This document shows, piece by piece, positions 13,001 through 25,512 of a stretch of DNA of 64,000 nt (positions within the stretch are counted from its first letter, which is position 1; each line of letters opens with the position of its first letter). Made by a program: the position numbers and the translations under genes. The stretch is from Blasia pusilla (lineage: Eukaryota), in NCBI GenBank assembly GCA_050084515.1, contig CM114271.1, forward strand, positions 26,226,001 through 26,290,000, written 5' to 3'. The notes under the pieces were generated by a model. The model had not been told where the DNA came from. It saw only the letters and a program-made list of their open reading frames with translations, and made no database searches.

Positions 13001-16000
13001 CCACTTTCATTGCTGACAGCTGACCTTGAGAATGAGCCTGTACAAATAGCTCGGAGAGAATCAGTCTACTTAGTTGGAGTATTAAAAGCTACACTACTTC
13101 CAGTAGTTATGGAAGAATCTAAACAGCTGCATACCTTTCCAAAAACTAAGCAGATTACAATGCCTGACTGACTAAGAACACGAGAATGATCGATCATACC
13201 TGTGACAGGATATGCTGAGAATGCTGAGCCCACAAGGTTGGCTAGACCTAGCCCAAAGAGCTGTTCATGACAAAAGGATGTACATTGGGAAAAACAACAG
13301 AGACTGGAGATGAGTTCCTTCTACTGCACTGTCAAAAAAATGCGACCAGAATGCAACACATAATTACCACTTCCTGATTGAACCCAGACTCACAACCTAT
13401 TGCTAGATCAATTTCAGCAATCATAACTATTTTATCATAGAACTCCACACACATGAATAATTTCTTGCACTCATTTGACTCTTCTTTTACCTCTTGGTTT
13501 GAGTCGAGCTCATATCCATTCTTCGATGCCAACGTTTTTGCAATTCCCACAGATTCCTGCGTCATGGAGAAGACTTCTAGGGAATTCAGCTCATTTTGAA
13601 GGTGTATTATCCCACGTTTCTTTCGTTAATTCTCAGTCATATCAACTACAGGTTCCAGCTTCATACTTCGCAAATTAAGAAATGCCACAATTTGGAAATT
13701 GCTGGTTTGGTGAAAGTAACCAGTAACTCACCAGAATCCCTACCCCACTCACTAGCACAGCATGTGGGAACAACCTCCACAAGTAGCTGGAGCTAATGTT
13801 TAGAGACCAAGGAGGAAATCCTTGAGGTATTTCCCCAACCTACAGACAGCCCAACATTGATATTGTGAATACTTTCTCCTGACTGTTATAACATGTAATA
13901 TGCAAATTACACATTCACACTTTAAAAGTCTGCATGATCAATTGGTTGACTCTCCATGATCCAAAAGAAGCTTACTTTATGCAGGGTGCAGTAGTTAGTT
14001 CCACGAGTGTGTGAGCGTTATCACAGACAACCTTCTGATCGTTTGTGGCAGATATCATATTAGAATTCAGGGAAGGGAGGAATGCTCAAGGTATATCGTG
14101 CAGAAACACTCGCTATTCAGGAAGCTTTCTGATGCAAGAGCCGAGATAGAAAGGAAATATTCAATCGACCTACTAATTATTTCATGGCCAATCTGCTTTA
14201 TCCAGCTTGACAAGCACCAGTTACAACACTTCGTGGATTTTCACACCTTAGTTTCAAACAACCTTTGTTCATGAATAAGGAATTGTCAACCCAACGATTG
14301 AAAATGAGCAGTATGTGAGAGAAGGAAACTTTCACCTTTAGTTGTACCTTATTTCTAACTCTACTTTGATCAATCCCTATTGGATCAAAGGATTGCTCTA
14401 TGACCGCAACTGCCAAAGCCATTTCTCAATCAAATCCATTCTTAGAGTTACGAATGTCAACCACATCCTGACATTAAATGAACAAGTATAACATGTATGA
14501 CGCATGTGGGAAGGACTCTGTCACAGGGGCCCATCCGCTTTCTTGCCGGCTTGTGCTCAAAGGAAGCTAACTAGTTGCTGTATGGTAGGAGATGGTTGGA
14601 AAGGTTTTGTCTATAATTGATCGAGTTTAAAAGAGTGTCAAATAACAAAAACGAGACTGACAGATACACCCTGGACTCCTCCAACTATCAACACAACATC
14701 ACGTCTCTGTGCATCTACTTTTCCTGTCTTTGTCGCAAATTTTCCATTGAGGGTCTACAGAAATTTGAACGATGAGCTGATCACGAGAATTTTTACCACG
14801 CTGATAGAAGAAGGATGGAATACTTTTACAAATAAGGTTCCCAGGACGACAGCTGAAAGAGGTCCTGCTGCTCGCAAGTGCCTTAGTGACTTATACGTCT
14901 TCCCCTGAAAAGATTTAATATGTACATGACAATTCTCAGGTTGTTCAATCGAAAAGATAAATAGTAATTTGAACGAAGAATACAATGAGATAAGAGTCCA
15001 GTAAAGCCCAAAGGGACAAAACAAGAACAAGAGAACGCATAACAGCAGAACCTAACCAGAAGCTAGACCCAAATATCCTACACTCAGGAACCAGAAGGGC
15101 CAGTCGTCAGAACAATTGCGACACCTAATCTACAGCATTTCCACGTAGTTATCCTGAATCTGGAAACCTCCTTCCTAATACTGCCCGAGCACTTTCGAAC
15201 TTTTGATATCTAAAGCAGAAGAATCAGCGACAGACTTGGGTTGTTTCAAGTAACTGAAATGTCCCCATCTTTTCTCACAGGAGAGGTGAAACAGCAGAAA
15301 CCTCTTTCGAAAACTGTAAATCAGTAAAATGCAAGACCTGATTCAAATTTCTCGTCAAATATGTTGCAGTGTGAAAACGGTACATCGCAACAAAAGGACT
15401 AGTCTCACAAACTTTGTTTCTGATAAGCCAAATCAGACGGAGAAAAGAAAGCAGGTTACAGTGCAGTGGAACAATTGTGCAGATGGGTTTCTTACCAGAT
15501 GCTTCATCGTAAGGACAACACCCAAGATCGTGAACCCCATTACGAAGGGTTGCCACTTGAACTGCACAGCAAAGGATCACAATTTCCGAACAGAAATGTT
15601 GACTTGAGTTTGACAAACCAGGGAGAAAACCTGTCACGAGTTACTACTTTTTATCCTAAGATTCAAACTTCTAACTACATCATGCATTTGCATCAGAAGA
15701 ATGGGCAGACAGCGTCAAAGGTTGACATGCACCTTATCCAGCCCATCAATAATGCTCTTCATTATGACCAGAAACTGGGAGCTGTTGGTGATCTCATAAC
15801 CAAGCATACTTTTGGCCTGAGACAAGCCGATAATAATAGCTGATCCTGTTGTAAAACCTGAGACAACGGAATGACTGATGAAGCGAATTAGCCATCCCAA
15901 CCTGTGATGACAACAGTGCCGCTTTTCAGCTTCGCATCGCCGAAATAACTACGGAATACGCTGGTTATATAGCCTATTTCGTTGTGGCACGTTCATTGGT

Positions 16001-18991
16001 AAGTTAATATGACCAGACTTGTCTAACATGACATTTTGAACATTTTGAGACATTGGTACGTAACATCATGAACAAAAAAAGACAACAAACCCATAAAAGG
16101 CAAGCAGCCTTCATAGTACTCGTGAACAAAGTTCAACAAACCACTCCCAATGATGTAGAAAGAGAGTTCAGATTACCTGACGAGGCCCATTAAGCACTCT
16201 ATGATGCCGACCAATAACGCGAGCTTAATTGCAAGCTCCACGTACAATTTTGCCGCGTCTTCAGAGTTGTCGGTTTCAGATTTAACAATAGGCATCAGAC
16301 CATTCGCAACTAGCAGTGACACCATTGCCACTGTACCCACAGCCAGTTGTCTTGAAGAGCCAAATATTGCATAGGTTAACACCGGAATGAAGCCACAATC
16401 TGCCACGAGTGAAAATCAGTTACACTTGAGGAAAAGAACAAGTTTGCAAGGAAATCCACAAGATCAAATTTCACCTGGGACAATGTGTTCTAGTTCTAAA
16501 AATTATCATGTATATCCCTGAGGCAGTTGAACTAACAGCAGAAATTCTGGAATTTGTTAACAGTCATCACGCTACCTCTGATAACTAACAGGATGCTCAC
16601 GGTCACCTTACTTCCCGTCCGAAGTTTAGACGTTTCACAAGTGACTGTACCATCTCTCTTTCCTGATAAGCCTAATCAGACGATACAGATGGGAGTGACA
16701 GTTCTCTGCATGAATTGTGGTCAGCGTCTGAACAGCTTTCTTCAAGGTAAATCAGGGAGGAGAATCAGGCGGAGCTCTGAAAGAGGTTGAAGCGGTCAGT
16801 GCTGTTGGATCATTATCCGGAAAGTCATACAACCATGTCGGACTTGGTTGCCTCAACTACATCCAATGCGTGTTATATACGGAGATCTAGAGAGAAGGCA
16901 GAGTCTGGGACCATGGAATGAATGAGCAGCGTCCACGGAGACCCAAAAGTCCGATTGGGACTGGGGAATTGTAAGAGTTGCATGGTGTGGCCAGGCCGGA
17001 CCAATTTTTCACGAGGGATTACTGCTTTGAATCCCTCGTGAAAGTCATAAACTCACCGTAATGAAGTCGACCGGTTGATAACAAGTTGTCAATTTGTTGA
17101 CGTAGCCAATCCTGCTCGTCACCTTTCAATCCACCTTCCCATGGCTCACTAGGTATTTTGTCTATCAATCCTCCATTCCTATCCTTGTCAAGTTCTTGAT
17201 GTCTATCAAAGTTTGAAGTCTAATAGTCTTTTCGAACCTCCGAATCGAAAAATGGTCAGCGGTTACAAGTACTCTTTGAAACCTAAAATAAAGACTGGTC
17301 AATTAGTTCCTTTTCTCGAGAGAGTTACGTAGGGATCGCATAGTGAAGCCTTTGCGTAATGACGGCACCTAATTCTTGCGAGGAACAGCCTCTCTGGCTG
17401 TTCCTCGCGAGAATTTCAGAACTTTCCTGTTCTATCGGCATGTTGCTGATCAATTCCATTCCTTGTTTTCGCTATTCTCCGATCTGTTCACTACTCATCA
17501 CTATCTCATTTGGGACTATCAGTTTTCAACGATTCTAAACTTACTCTGTCGGTTATCCTCTATTTAGGCTTAGCTGTTGTCCATTCCAATGAAACTGGAT
17601 TTTGTCAATTCTATCATACTCTTTAAGATCGCTTTCTCATGACCTGATCCGATAAGAAGTACCATCCATGCTCCTTAAAGATCCCTCCTAGTGAAGAACA
17701 TAAATTGAGTCGGTAGTCTCGCCTTGACGACTAAACGGGGGACAGCTCTTTCCGATTCACTCTCGGAAGTCTGTGCCACGGTCAATCAAGTATCATGTGC
17801 ATGTTACATTAGATCCTTCCACGTAAGTCGTCAGATAAGGTCCTTGACACTAGAGATCACTAAGACCCGGGAACTCCCACCAACTGCTATCAGACTGCAG
17901 AAATCTAAAACTCTGGTACATCCGCCAGAATCTGTGCTTCTATCCGAGAAACTTGTTTAAGAGTCTGGGATGACAAATTCCACAAGGTAATTCGAGGAAG
18001 CAATATTTAGCCACTGTATGATCCCGAAGAAAGCCCTCATATTGAAGGCTCGTGATAATGTACCTCGAACGATTTTGAGAGCAGGGTTTTCCCCGCAAGT
18101 CAAGCTTCATTAGAGGCTAATTAGAGCTTTAAAAGTCATCGAATGGAACGAAAGTTCGATCTGTGCACTACCTCTCTTCCGCGTCCTCAGTGCAACGCAA
18201 GTTTCGAAAATCATTCCCGCGAACAGATCTCAAGATAGACTGACAGACTCTGAAGTTCTGGGAAACAAGGTGACTGCAACTGAAGCTCTTTGACGAAGAG
18301 AACTACGTGAATTCGAAACAAAATGATGTGATATTTCTAACATTACGAAAGAATCCCCTCAATTCGACAACTTCATGTCGCATCTATGAACACCAGCTGC
18401 GTAAGATCATACATCTAGTAATTGAGACGGAAAAAGAAGAAACATACAGAGTCCATAAATTGGATGAAGACCCGCCAATTTCGCGTAAGACATCGACTGG
18501 TAAACGGTTCCCGGCACCACATTTTAGATACGAATCCAGCCACCCTTCACTAGTGGTGGCAATTGCAGCAGCATGCTTCAAGAACTGCGTATAGATATAA
18601 ACGCGTGCACAATTCACGAATCTCTGGACCTCCTTACAGCCAAAAGCCATGAAACATGAATCGATTCGAGGTGACAAACCTGCGGTATAAGCATTGTGCC
18701 GACCGTCACACCTCCAATAACATCTGCCTTGAAGTCTTCTTTCCAATTGTACCCCTTCATCCATGTTATGCAAGGAAACACGCGCTCCCAAGACCATAAA
18801 CCGCGATTTTTCCAACCAGCAAGATGTGAAGACTGCTCATTCTGATCAAACAATTTTGTCGAGAAGTCATATCCCGTAGGACGTTCTATTGTTAAAACCC
18901 TCACTGGACGCCCATTGTCCCTCCCCCGCGACGACGGGAAGCGCTCCTTATCTAGATTCAGAATGTCAGATTGACTGTCTGAAACAAACAT
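10030..18991 (-). CDS. SULTR4: Group-4 sulfate transporter (SLC26/SulP + STAS), 711 aa, 17 exons: 18991-18680, 18496-18448, 16399-16177, 15901-15733, 15561-15496, 14904-14797, 13839-13732, 13556-13491, 13260-13200, 13037-12910, 12697-12656, 12044-11928, 11692-11641, 11397-11259, 11080-10992, 10645-10569, 10359-10030
   Basis: Hand-spliced exons total 2136 nt with consistent phases and no internal stop. The peptide is collinear with Arabidopsis SULTR4;1 as I recall it: PQSMSYAKLAGLHPIYGLY, AIFGSSRQLAVG, LGWLIRFISHSVVSGFT, ESVGIAK..YELDSNQELFGLG, GSFSRSAV, LGRLPGTTVYRN, STAS VTYIDSSAV and WLFVRVHDAVQ. All introns are GT-AG except intron 14 (GC-AG). Start ATG chosen by homology. Confidence 0.93.
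17007..17043. repeat. Perfect 14-bp inverted repeat with 9-nt loop in SULTR4 intron 2
   Basis: TTTCACGAGGGATT-actgctttg-AATCCCTCGTGAAA. Confidence 0.85.
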
Positions 18992-21819
18992 GATTTCCTC
19001 ACCGCCAATTCTCCGTGCACTGATATTATTGACAAGATAGTCCAATTCAGCTCAACACTTCCCAGTGCATTAGCGAATTCCCAATCCAATGACGGCTTCT
19101 AAAGGAAATGAACATCGGTAACGAACGATCAAATACGTTAGTCTGTCTGTCCCGCGGTACCAACAACAGCAACAGCAAAGGACGTCGCGGCGAAGCGTGT
19201 CCGGGTGGAGAGAAGAGCTTTTGCTCCTCCTCAAACATGAACTAGAATATGAATTCTTCGATGACGAGAGATACCATCAGAGCTCCCACAGGGATTCTTC
19301 TTTCCAAAGATGATCCAATCGTTTCCCGGTCCTAGCCGACGTTTTATTCACACGCTCATTCTTCTTACTCAACGCTCGAAACCAGATGCATGAACCTGAT
19401 CTATTGCCGTGCTCCGATCACATGCCGCGAAACTTGCTTTTTGCCCTGTGAACGACAAAAACATTTACCTGTCCGTCCTAAAAGATGCCTCCGCTCCGCT
19501 CCAGGCAAGCAACCATCACACAGTTCTGTAGCCCTCGCCCGCCCGCTCGGACGGACAGGATTGGGATTAGTGCTCTAGTATTGACTCGTAAATCTCTATC
19601 TCGTTCCTATTGTGGATCGTTCTGCGCAACTTGGCTACAATACAAATGGACCTCGCTAACGGGCAGCGAGTTTGAATTTCACCTGCGCACGAACACCACA
19701 GTTCATCGCAGTGGTGGATTGTGGATGACATCCTCTTTTTAAGGCCTCTTTAATGCCGGTTACGGATGACGCGCTGATCCATGCTCTCATAACTACGCCG
19801 ATCTCCATCTATATCTCGATTTATGTGTTGGAATTCACTACTTCCAAAACTGGTCATGCACATATTCCACCTGATCAATCAAAAAGAGGCATAACATCGT
19901 GCAACACGTAGAGGAAATCACGGAACGTACGCGCCTTCCCTTCCCCTCTGATATGCCTTCACATGGTAGCGATTGAAGCGTGGGAGTCGCAGCGAGCGCA
20001 ATATGGATGAAGTAGTGGAAAGGGAACGGGATGCAAGACTCGCGCACGGAGCTTCAAATCACGCAGACACCTAGATTGAACTAGGGAAAAATCCTAAGAG
20101 CCATTCTTGAAACTAGGGACGAATGGTATTCACGAGGCAATAGGAGTGTAGGCGCCTAGACAGAGCTAGAGAAGAACAGAACTCTACCCGCTAAAATGCG
20201 TAATAAAACCGAGATTCCCACCATTCATCTCCTAGCAATCACGGATTCCCATGTGCTCAACTCGATCTGGTCAGAGTCATAAAATCAGTTTATTCACTGC
20301 GGATCCAAACTAATCTGAAACACAAGTAAAATGAAAAAATCATCACGACGCATCTTCACGAATTACTTCATTGTGTTTGGAACTCTTTGCCTTATCAAGG
20401 TTGAGCAATCCGCCATGGACTCGTGAGTAACGTGTGATTAGTTTTCTAGCGGTCATATCATCCTTTATTTTCTGGAGGATTCTCTCTCCTGTTTGAACAT
20501 GCCTGTCACACGAATTTGAAAATAGGAGTCAATGTTGCATCATGTGCATCGTATGGATGTTTGCTTGAGTTTGGTATTCTAGTATCATCCTATCATAATC
20601 CATTCTCTATCAATCTTTGGGAAAAAAACATGTCACTTGTTGAAATGACTGTTTGGAATTTGAATTTGTGTCAAACGTGCCCTTCATGTCTCCACAAACT
20701 AGGATATGATAGTACTTTGCATGAATTAATTTATGGAGTGATCGCTTAATTAATTATGGAGTAGTGGACAACCGGTTTTAATTTTTTACTATTAATTTTT
20801 TAATTAAATTGTCCCCTCCCTCCCTAGTCCCAAGGTTCCTTTCAAATGAAAGGAAATAAATTTGTTAATGTGTTAAAATTTTATCTTTTAGTGGCACATG
20901 CACTTTGGATTAATAGTATAAATTGGAAAATAGGAATGAATTTTGTATATTGTGCGTGTTATATCTTTTGCCTTGTCCGGGTACTTACTAGTGTACCCTC
21001 TCTTAATCCACTATCTATCAAATGTTTGGGGGAAAATCTGTTACTTTTTGAAACAAAATTTTTGTTCATGGTTTTGAATTGGTCTTACAAAAGGGATTCA
21101 AATTAAGGGATCTCTTTGAATTTTTATATCAAATAGTTGTCGGGATTGAGGAAACTTCCAATATTATTATCTTGAAACTATTAGAAGTTCTATTCATATG
21201 TAGTCAAGTGAACTTGAATGCCTCACATTATTTACTTTCTTGAAGAGGAAATATGACACTTCATGTTGCTCCTTTGAAAAGAATTTTACTTTTTTTTCAG
21301 GGAAAAAAATCCTAACAGAGTAATTCCCTCTTCCTCAATTAATATTATAAATTTTGGAAGAGGGACTACTATGGGAGGAACATGGTTTATATGAAAATTC
21401 AAAATTCATACCAGCAAATTCATCGAGGGTATGATTATTTTTCAAAATTTTAGATTTGTTTTTCCAAAAATTCATGAATATTGAGGATGTACTAAAACTC
21501 GGTAAGGAAAGTCTCTTTTAAAGAAGTTAGGCTCTTTTCATATGGCAGATATAAAGTATTATAATACCTCTTTTGAAAAGGAAATAAGGTAAGTCGTTGA
21601 TTTATACGCGACTCAAGTTGAATCGAGCATTAGGTAATCTTACCTATTTTTAAATTTAAATAAAATAATTTTATTTTAAATTTAATATTAAACCAATAAT
21701 ATTCTAAAATTGATTAGGCATCTATTGCCTTTAAAGAGTTATGAAAATTTTTAATGGAATATTTTCCTTAAAATAAAATAAAATAATTTCTTTTATAACA
21801 TTTCCAAATTAGATAATTA

Positions 21820-23452
21820 TCTACTACCCTTTAAGCTCATAATGTGTAAATCGGGCGTCGTTGTATCAAAGGTTGCACGGAAGCGGACAAGTCCATCCAT
21901 GGGACGGAAATGTCCATAAAACTGCCGTAAGGGTACCCACGACCCGCATCCAAGCCTGCCCTTGAGCCCGCCAAGCCTATTCGCGTAGACCCGGGCTAGT
22001 TGAGCTGCAACCGTTTTGTGGCCTGAGTGTAGCCTCCACCATCCCCAACTAGGCCCATAGGGCGGACTGCACGGGCATGAGCCCGCCCAATGGGAGCCCA
22101 ACGCGCTCTGTGGGTGTGGTTGCGGGCATGCCGCGGGCTAGTGCGCGCTATGCGCGTGCCATAAAACAAGTGCAAGCTTGGCAAGCCCGGATCTACGCGA
22201 GGGGCTCGGCGGGCTCAGGGACGAGCCGCGAATACCCAACCCCGTAGGGACATGTCCATCCCTAGAACGAACATGGACACAATTCCGCAGACACAAGATT
22301 TTTCCATGCGCAACCTTGGGTGTATTGCACGTACATTCTTACTACCATCTATTATCCATGACAGTAAAGGAATAAGAAAGACTACTTAAAGTTAATTAGT
22401 TTCTTTGGAAATATATTTTCTAAAGATAAATAAATTTGAATAAGATACACTTTAGAAATTATAATTCATGAAATTGTGAGACAAGCACATTAACCTATTA
22501 TTACTAATTGAGGAAGGGATATTAGCGGCAAATAGATTGAAAGTGAGTTCTTGTTATTTTCCTTCTCATGAGCAGTAGAGGAACGCCTAACCTAGCTAAC
22601 AATGTCGCTTTGGATAGAAACATGGCTTGCCGATGGAACGTATGCACACACATTCATGTTTGTCATCTCGATGCGGAAATCCTGGAAATTTGAAACCCAT
22701 CGTTGTAGTGCATTGCGCTATGAGTTTATCTCAAGTGAGCTCTAGTGATTACATGACCAAATTTTAATTTTAATTTTAATTTTAGGGCTAAAATAGATTA
22801 ATTTTAGGGGGTGGGAAGGGATTCAATCATATATGATTTTTATATATTTTTATTTTTGATTATATATACATAAATATAATAATTAGCGATTACATATGCA
22901 TAATAAGACAAGATAGTGAGATAATAGGACAAAATAGTTTTAATGGAGAAGGAATATTTTAAAAAAATTCTATGTAAGGGTAAAATTACGTTGGGGATTG
23001 GGATATCATTTAAATTTGAATGGAGGATTGTAATTACTTAGAAGAGTGAGATGTTATTACTCTTCTAAGATTTTAGAAGATATATATTCTATTTAAAATT
23101 TGGAATAAATAATTTTATTATTATCTAAAATAATCATATTAATTCACATGTGATATTTTGGGAAAGGGAAATTATTTTGTTAATTAAAATAAACTAAGAA
23201 TTTAGTTAGTTAAGGTTATTTTTGTGGGAAGAGTGGAAGGGGAAGAATTGATATTGTTCAAAATTTTACGGAGGAGTGTTTAGGGGAGATGAGTATCATT
23301 TAAAGGTGAAAATTTATTACTCTTTTAAGATTTAAAAAATGTAAAATTCAAATTTTAAGTATAATCAGAAAAACTATTATTGACACCTGTATTTTAAGGC
23401 CCTTTTATTGAGGAAACTTTGTCATGCCTGCATCGCACGGGCAATATACTGG
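21820..23452 (+). mobile_element. Non-autonomous Helitron
   Basis: 5' A|TCTACTACCC; 3' GC-rich hairpin GCCTGCATCGCACGGGC followed by aatataCTGG|T (CTRR end, A/T insertion site); AT-rich interior with no Rep/helicase ORF. Confidence 0.6.
21868..22318. mobile_element. MITE (probably hAT-type) nested in the Helitron
   Basis: Termini AAAGGTTGCACG ... TGCGCAACCTTG; flanks gttgtatc/ggtgtatt (6/8) fit a decayed 8-bp TSD; GC-rich interior similar to 167-423. Confidence 0.6.
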
Positions 23453-24239
23453 TATATTATAGTGGGCGACCCTATATGTATAAAATAATGGCAGAGTAGG
23501 ACAAAATAGCAACATGCTTGAATTTTTTCTCTTTTTCACATTAGGTGGTTTATATCAAACAAGTAGAGAAAATACATTTGAGTGGAAGAGGAAAATATTT
23601 TAATTAATTTATTAATATTATAACGGATGATCCTAGGTATATAAGAAGACGATATGAAGGGGGTGGGGATGGAATTTCTTTGGAGAACTAATGGCCCCAT
23701 GAAGTGAAGTTGGTGTTTCAATTTTAAGATTCCTTTAGAAAGTTACTTAAATGGGAAAAGAAGTAGTGGGGATTCACTAAAGGGTTGCTTTGGGTGTGAG
23801 ATTGCTTCATTTAGAGTAAACTTTATACAAGGTCACAAATTTAGAGACCTTATCTCCCCTAAGATTGGAGGTTTTCTAGCATCCACATGATGATAGAGGA
23901 GACTAGTATAATTTAAATAGATCATTGTAATTACCTGTGACTTATGACTTAACTAACTCCCTAAATTTTTAATCAAATTCTTAAATAAATTTTGAACGGT
24001 CTCATTGGTTGAGAGGATAAATGATTCAATTGGTTGACAGGGTCAAGTGTTCCAAGAGGATAGGTGTTTGAAAATTAAAGGGGAATTCTTCAACAATAAT
24101 ATAGATGACACACTATGTGATACGACAATCTAGCCGTCCATGTAAGAAAGGTTGAAATTGTAGAGGTAATATGAAAGCTTAAATTTGGAGAAGTATGGAG
24201 GAATTAATCCAAGACAAGATTGGAGGAAAACTAAAATTG

Positions 24240-25066
24240 AATCCCTTGACGTACCGCCGATAGAAGTTCGCCAATCCCATGAATGCGCGAACACGGCTCA
24301 CATCAATAGGGCGGGGAATGCGTGAGATAGCCTCTACCTTCGTCTGCTGAACACCAAGGCCCCCTGGGTATATTGAATGACCCAAGTACTCAATCTGGTC
24401 GTAGAAGAACTTGCACTTGCCTGGATGTAGCTTCAACCCATGAAGTTGCAATCGTCCAAACACCTCCTCTAGATGTCGCTCATGCTCCTCAACCGTGGCG
24501 CTAAAGACTACAGTGTCATCAATATAACACCTAGCAAAATCCATACCAGCCAAGATCCTATCCATGACCCTCTAAAACTCAGCCGGGGCGTTCTTTAACC
24601 CAAATGGTAAGAACCGCCACTGATACAAACAATCCTTCCCGTGAGGATCGATGCCCCAAAATGCCGTCTTCTGCCTATCCTCCAATCTGATAGGCAGCTG
24701 ATGATATCCGGCTCGCAAATCCAATGAACTGAAGACCTTTGCGTGACCAATCGCATCAAAGATCTCCTCAAGGGTGGGCATGGCATACCTATCGAACTTC
24801 ATCTGCCGATTGATAGGTCGGTAATCCCCACACATCCGCCTATCCGTCCAGTTGCCATGCACATCCTTCTTGGTGAGCATGACGGTGGCAGATGCATACT
24901 CCCCATGCGACATCTCCACTAGTCTTGCTCCAACCAAGTCTTGGCTCCTACTCTGAATCAGAGGTCTCTCCATATCATTGTACCTATAGGGTCTTCGGAA
25001 GATCAGCGTATCACTCGATAACTCAATGCGGATCCCCGGTCCCTTCAGCTTACCCAAATCCTCCAT
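24240..25066 (-). pseudogene. Ty3/Gypsy reverse transcriptase (one in-frame stop at ~24572, truncated)
   Basis: RRPYRY, RMCGDYRPIN, DLRAGYHQL, PFGLKNAPAEF*RVMD, CYIDD, LKLHPGKCKF, IEYLGH, VRAFMGLANFYRRYV. Confidence 0.93.
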
Positions 25067-25512
25067 GCTAAACGCAAAGCAGCTCCTATAACTCCTGAGA
25101 AACTAATCTATTCGGTGCCGCTCTCCTCCTGTCAACTTAGGGCCCATATCTCGCTCCCAAGTCTCCATCGTGACAACGGTAGGACTCTCCGGCGCAGGTA
25201 TCGGTGATTGCTATGGTGCAACCCCGTCTCAAACAACACTCGACCGCTCTCCTGCAACCAATTGCAAACTCTGATCTCCTCCACATGCAATGTGCGGCAC
25301 CACTCTTGATGCTGTGGCTATCATCTCCTGGCGTACCTGCAAAAAATCCCAAGAAGTCCAAGGGTGTCTCTCCCAATCTCCCATGGTGTGTCGATCTCCT
25401 CGGGTCTCGCCCCAACCATTGCCTCCACCGTCTCGGTAGGCATGGGGCTCACCAACGCAACCGTTGTGATCTGTCGCGATCTCATCCGACGCTGCTCAGC
25501 CACTCCCAAGGT

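Noticed and set aside
16555-16720. Intronic H/ACA snoRNA
   Set aside because: Two hairpins and a terminal ACA are imaginable, but there is no ANANNA H box between them.
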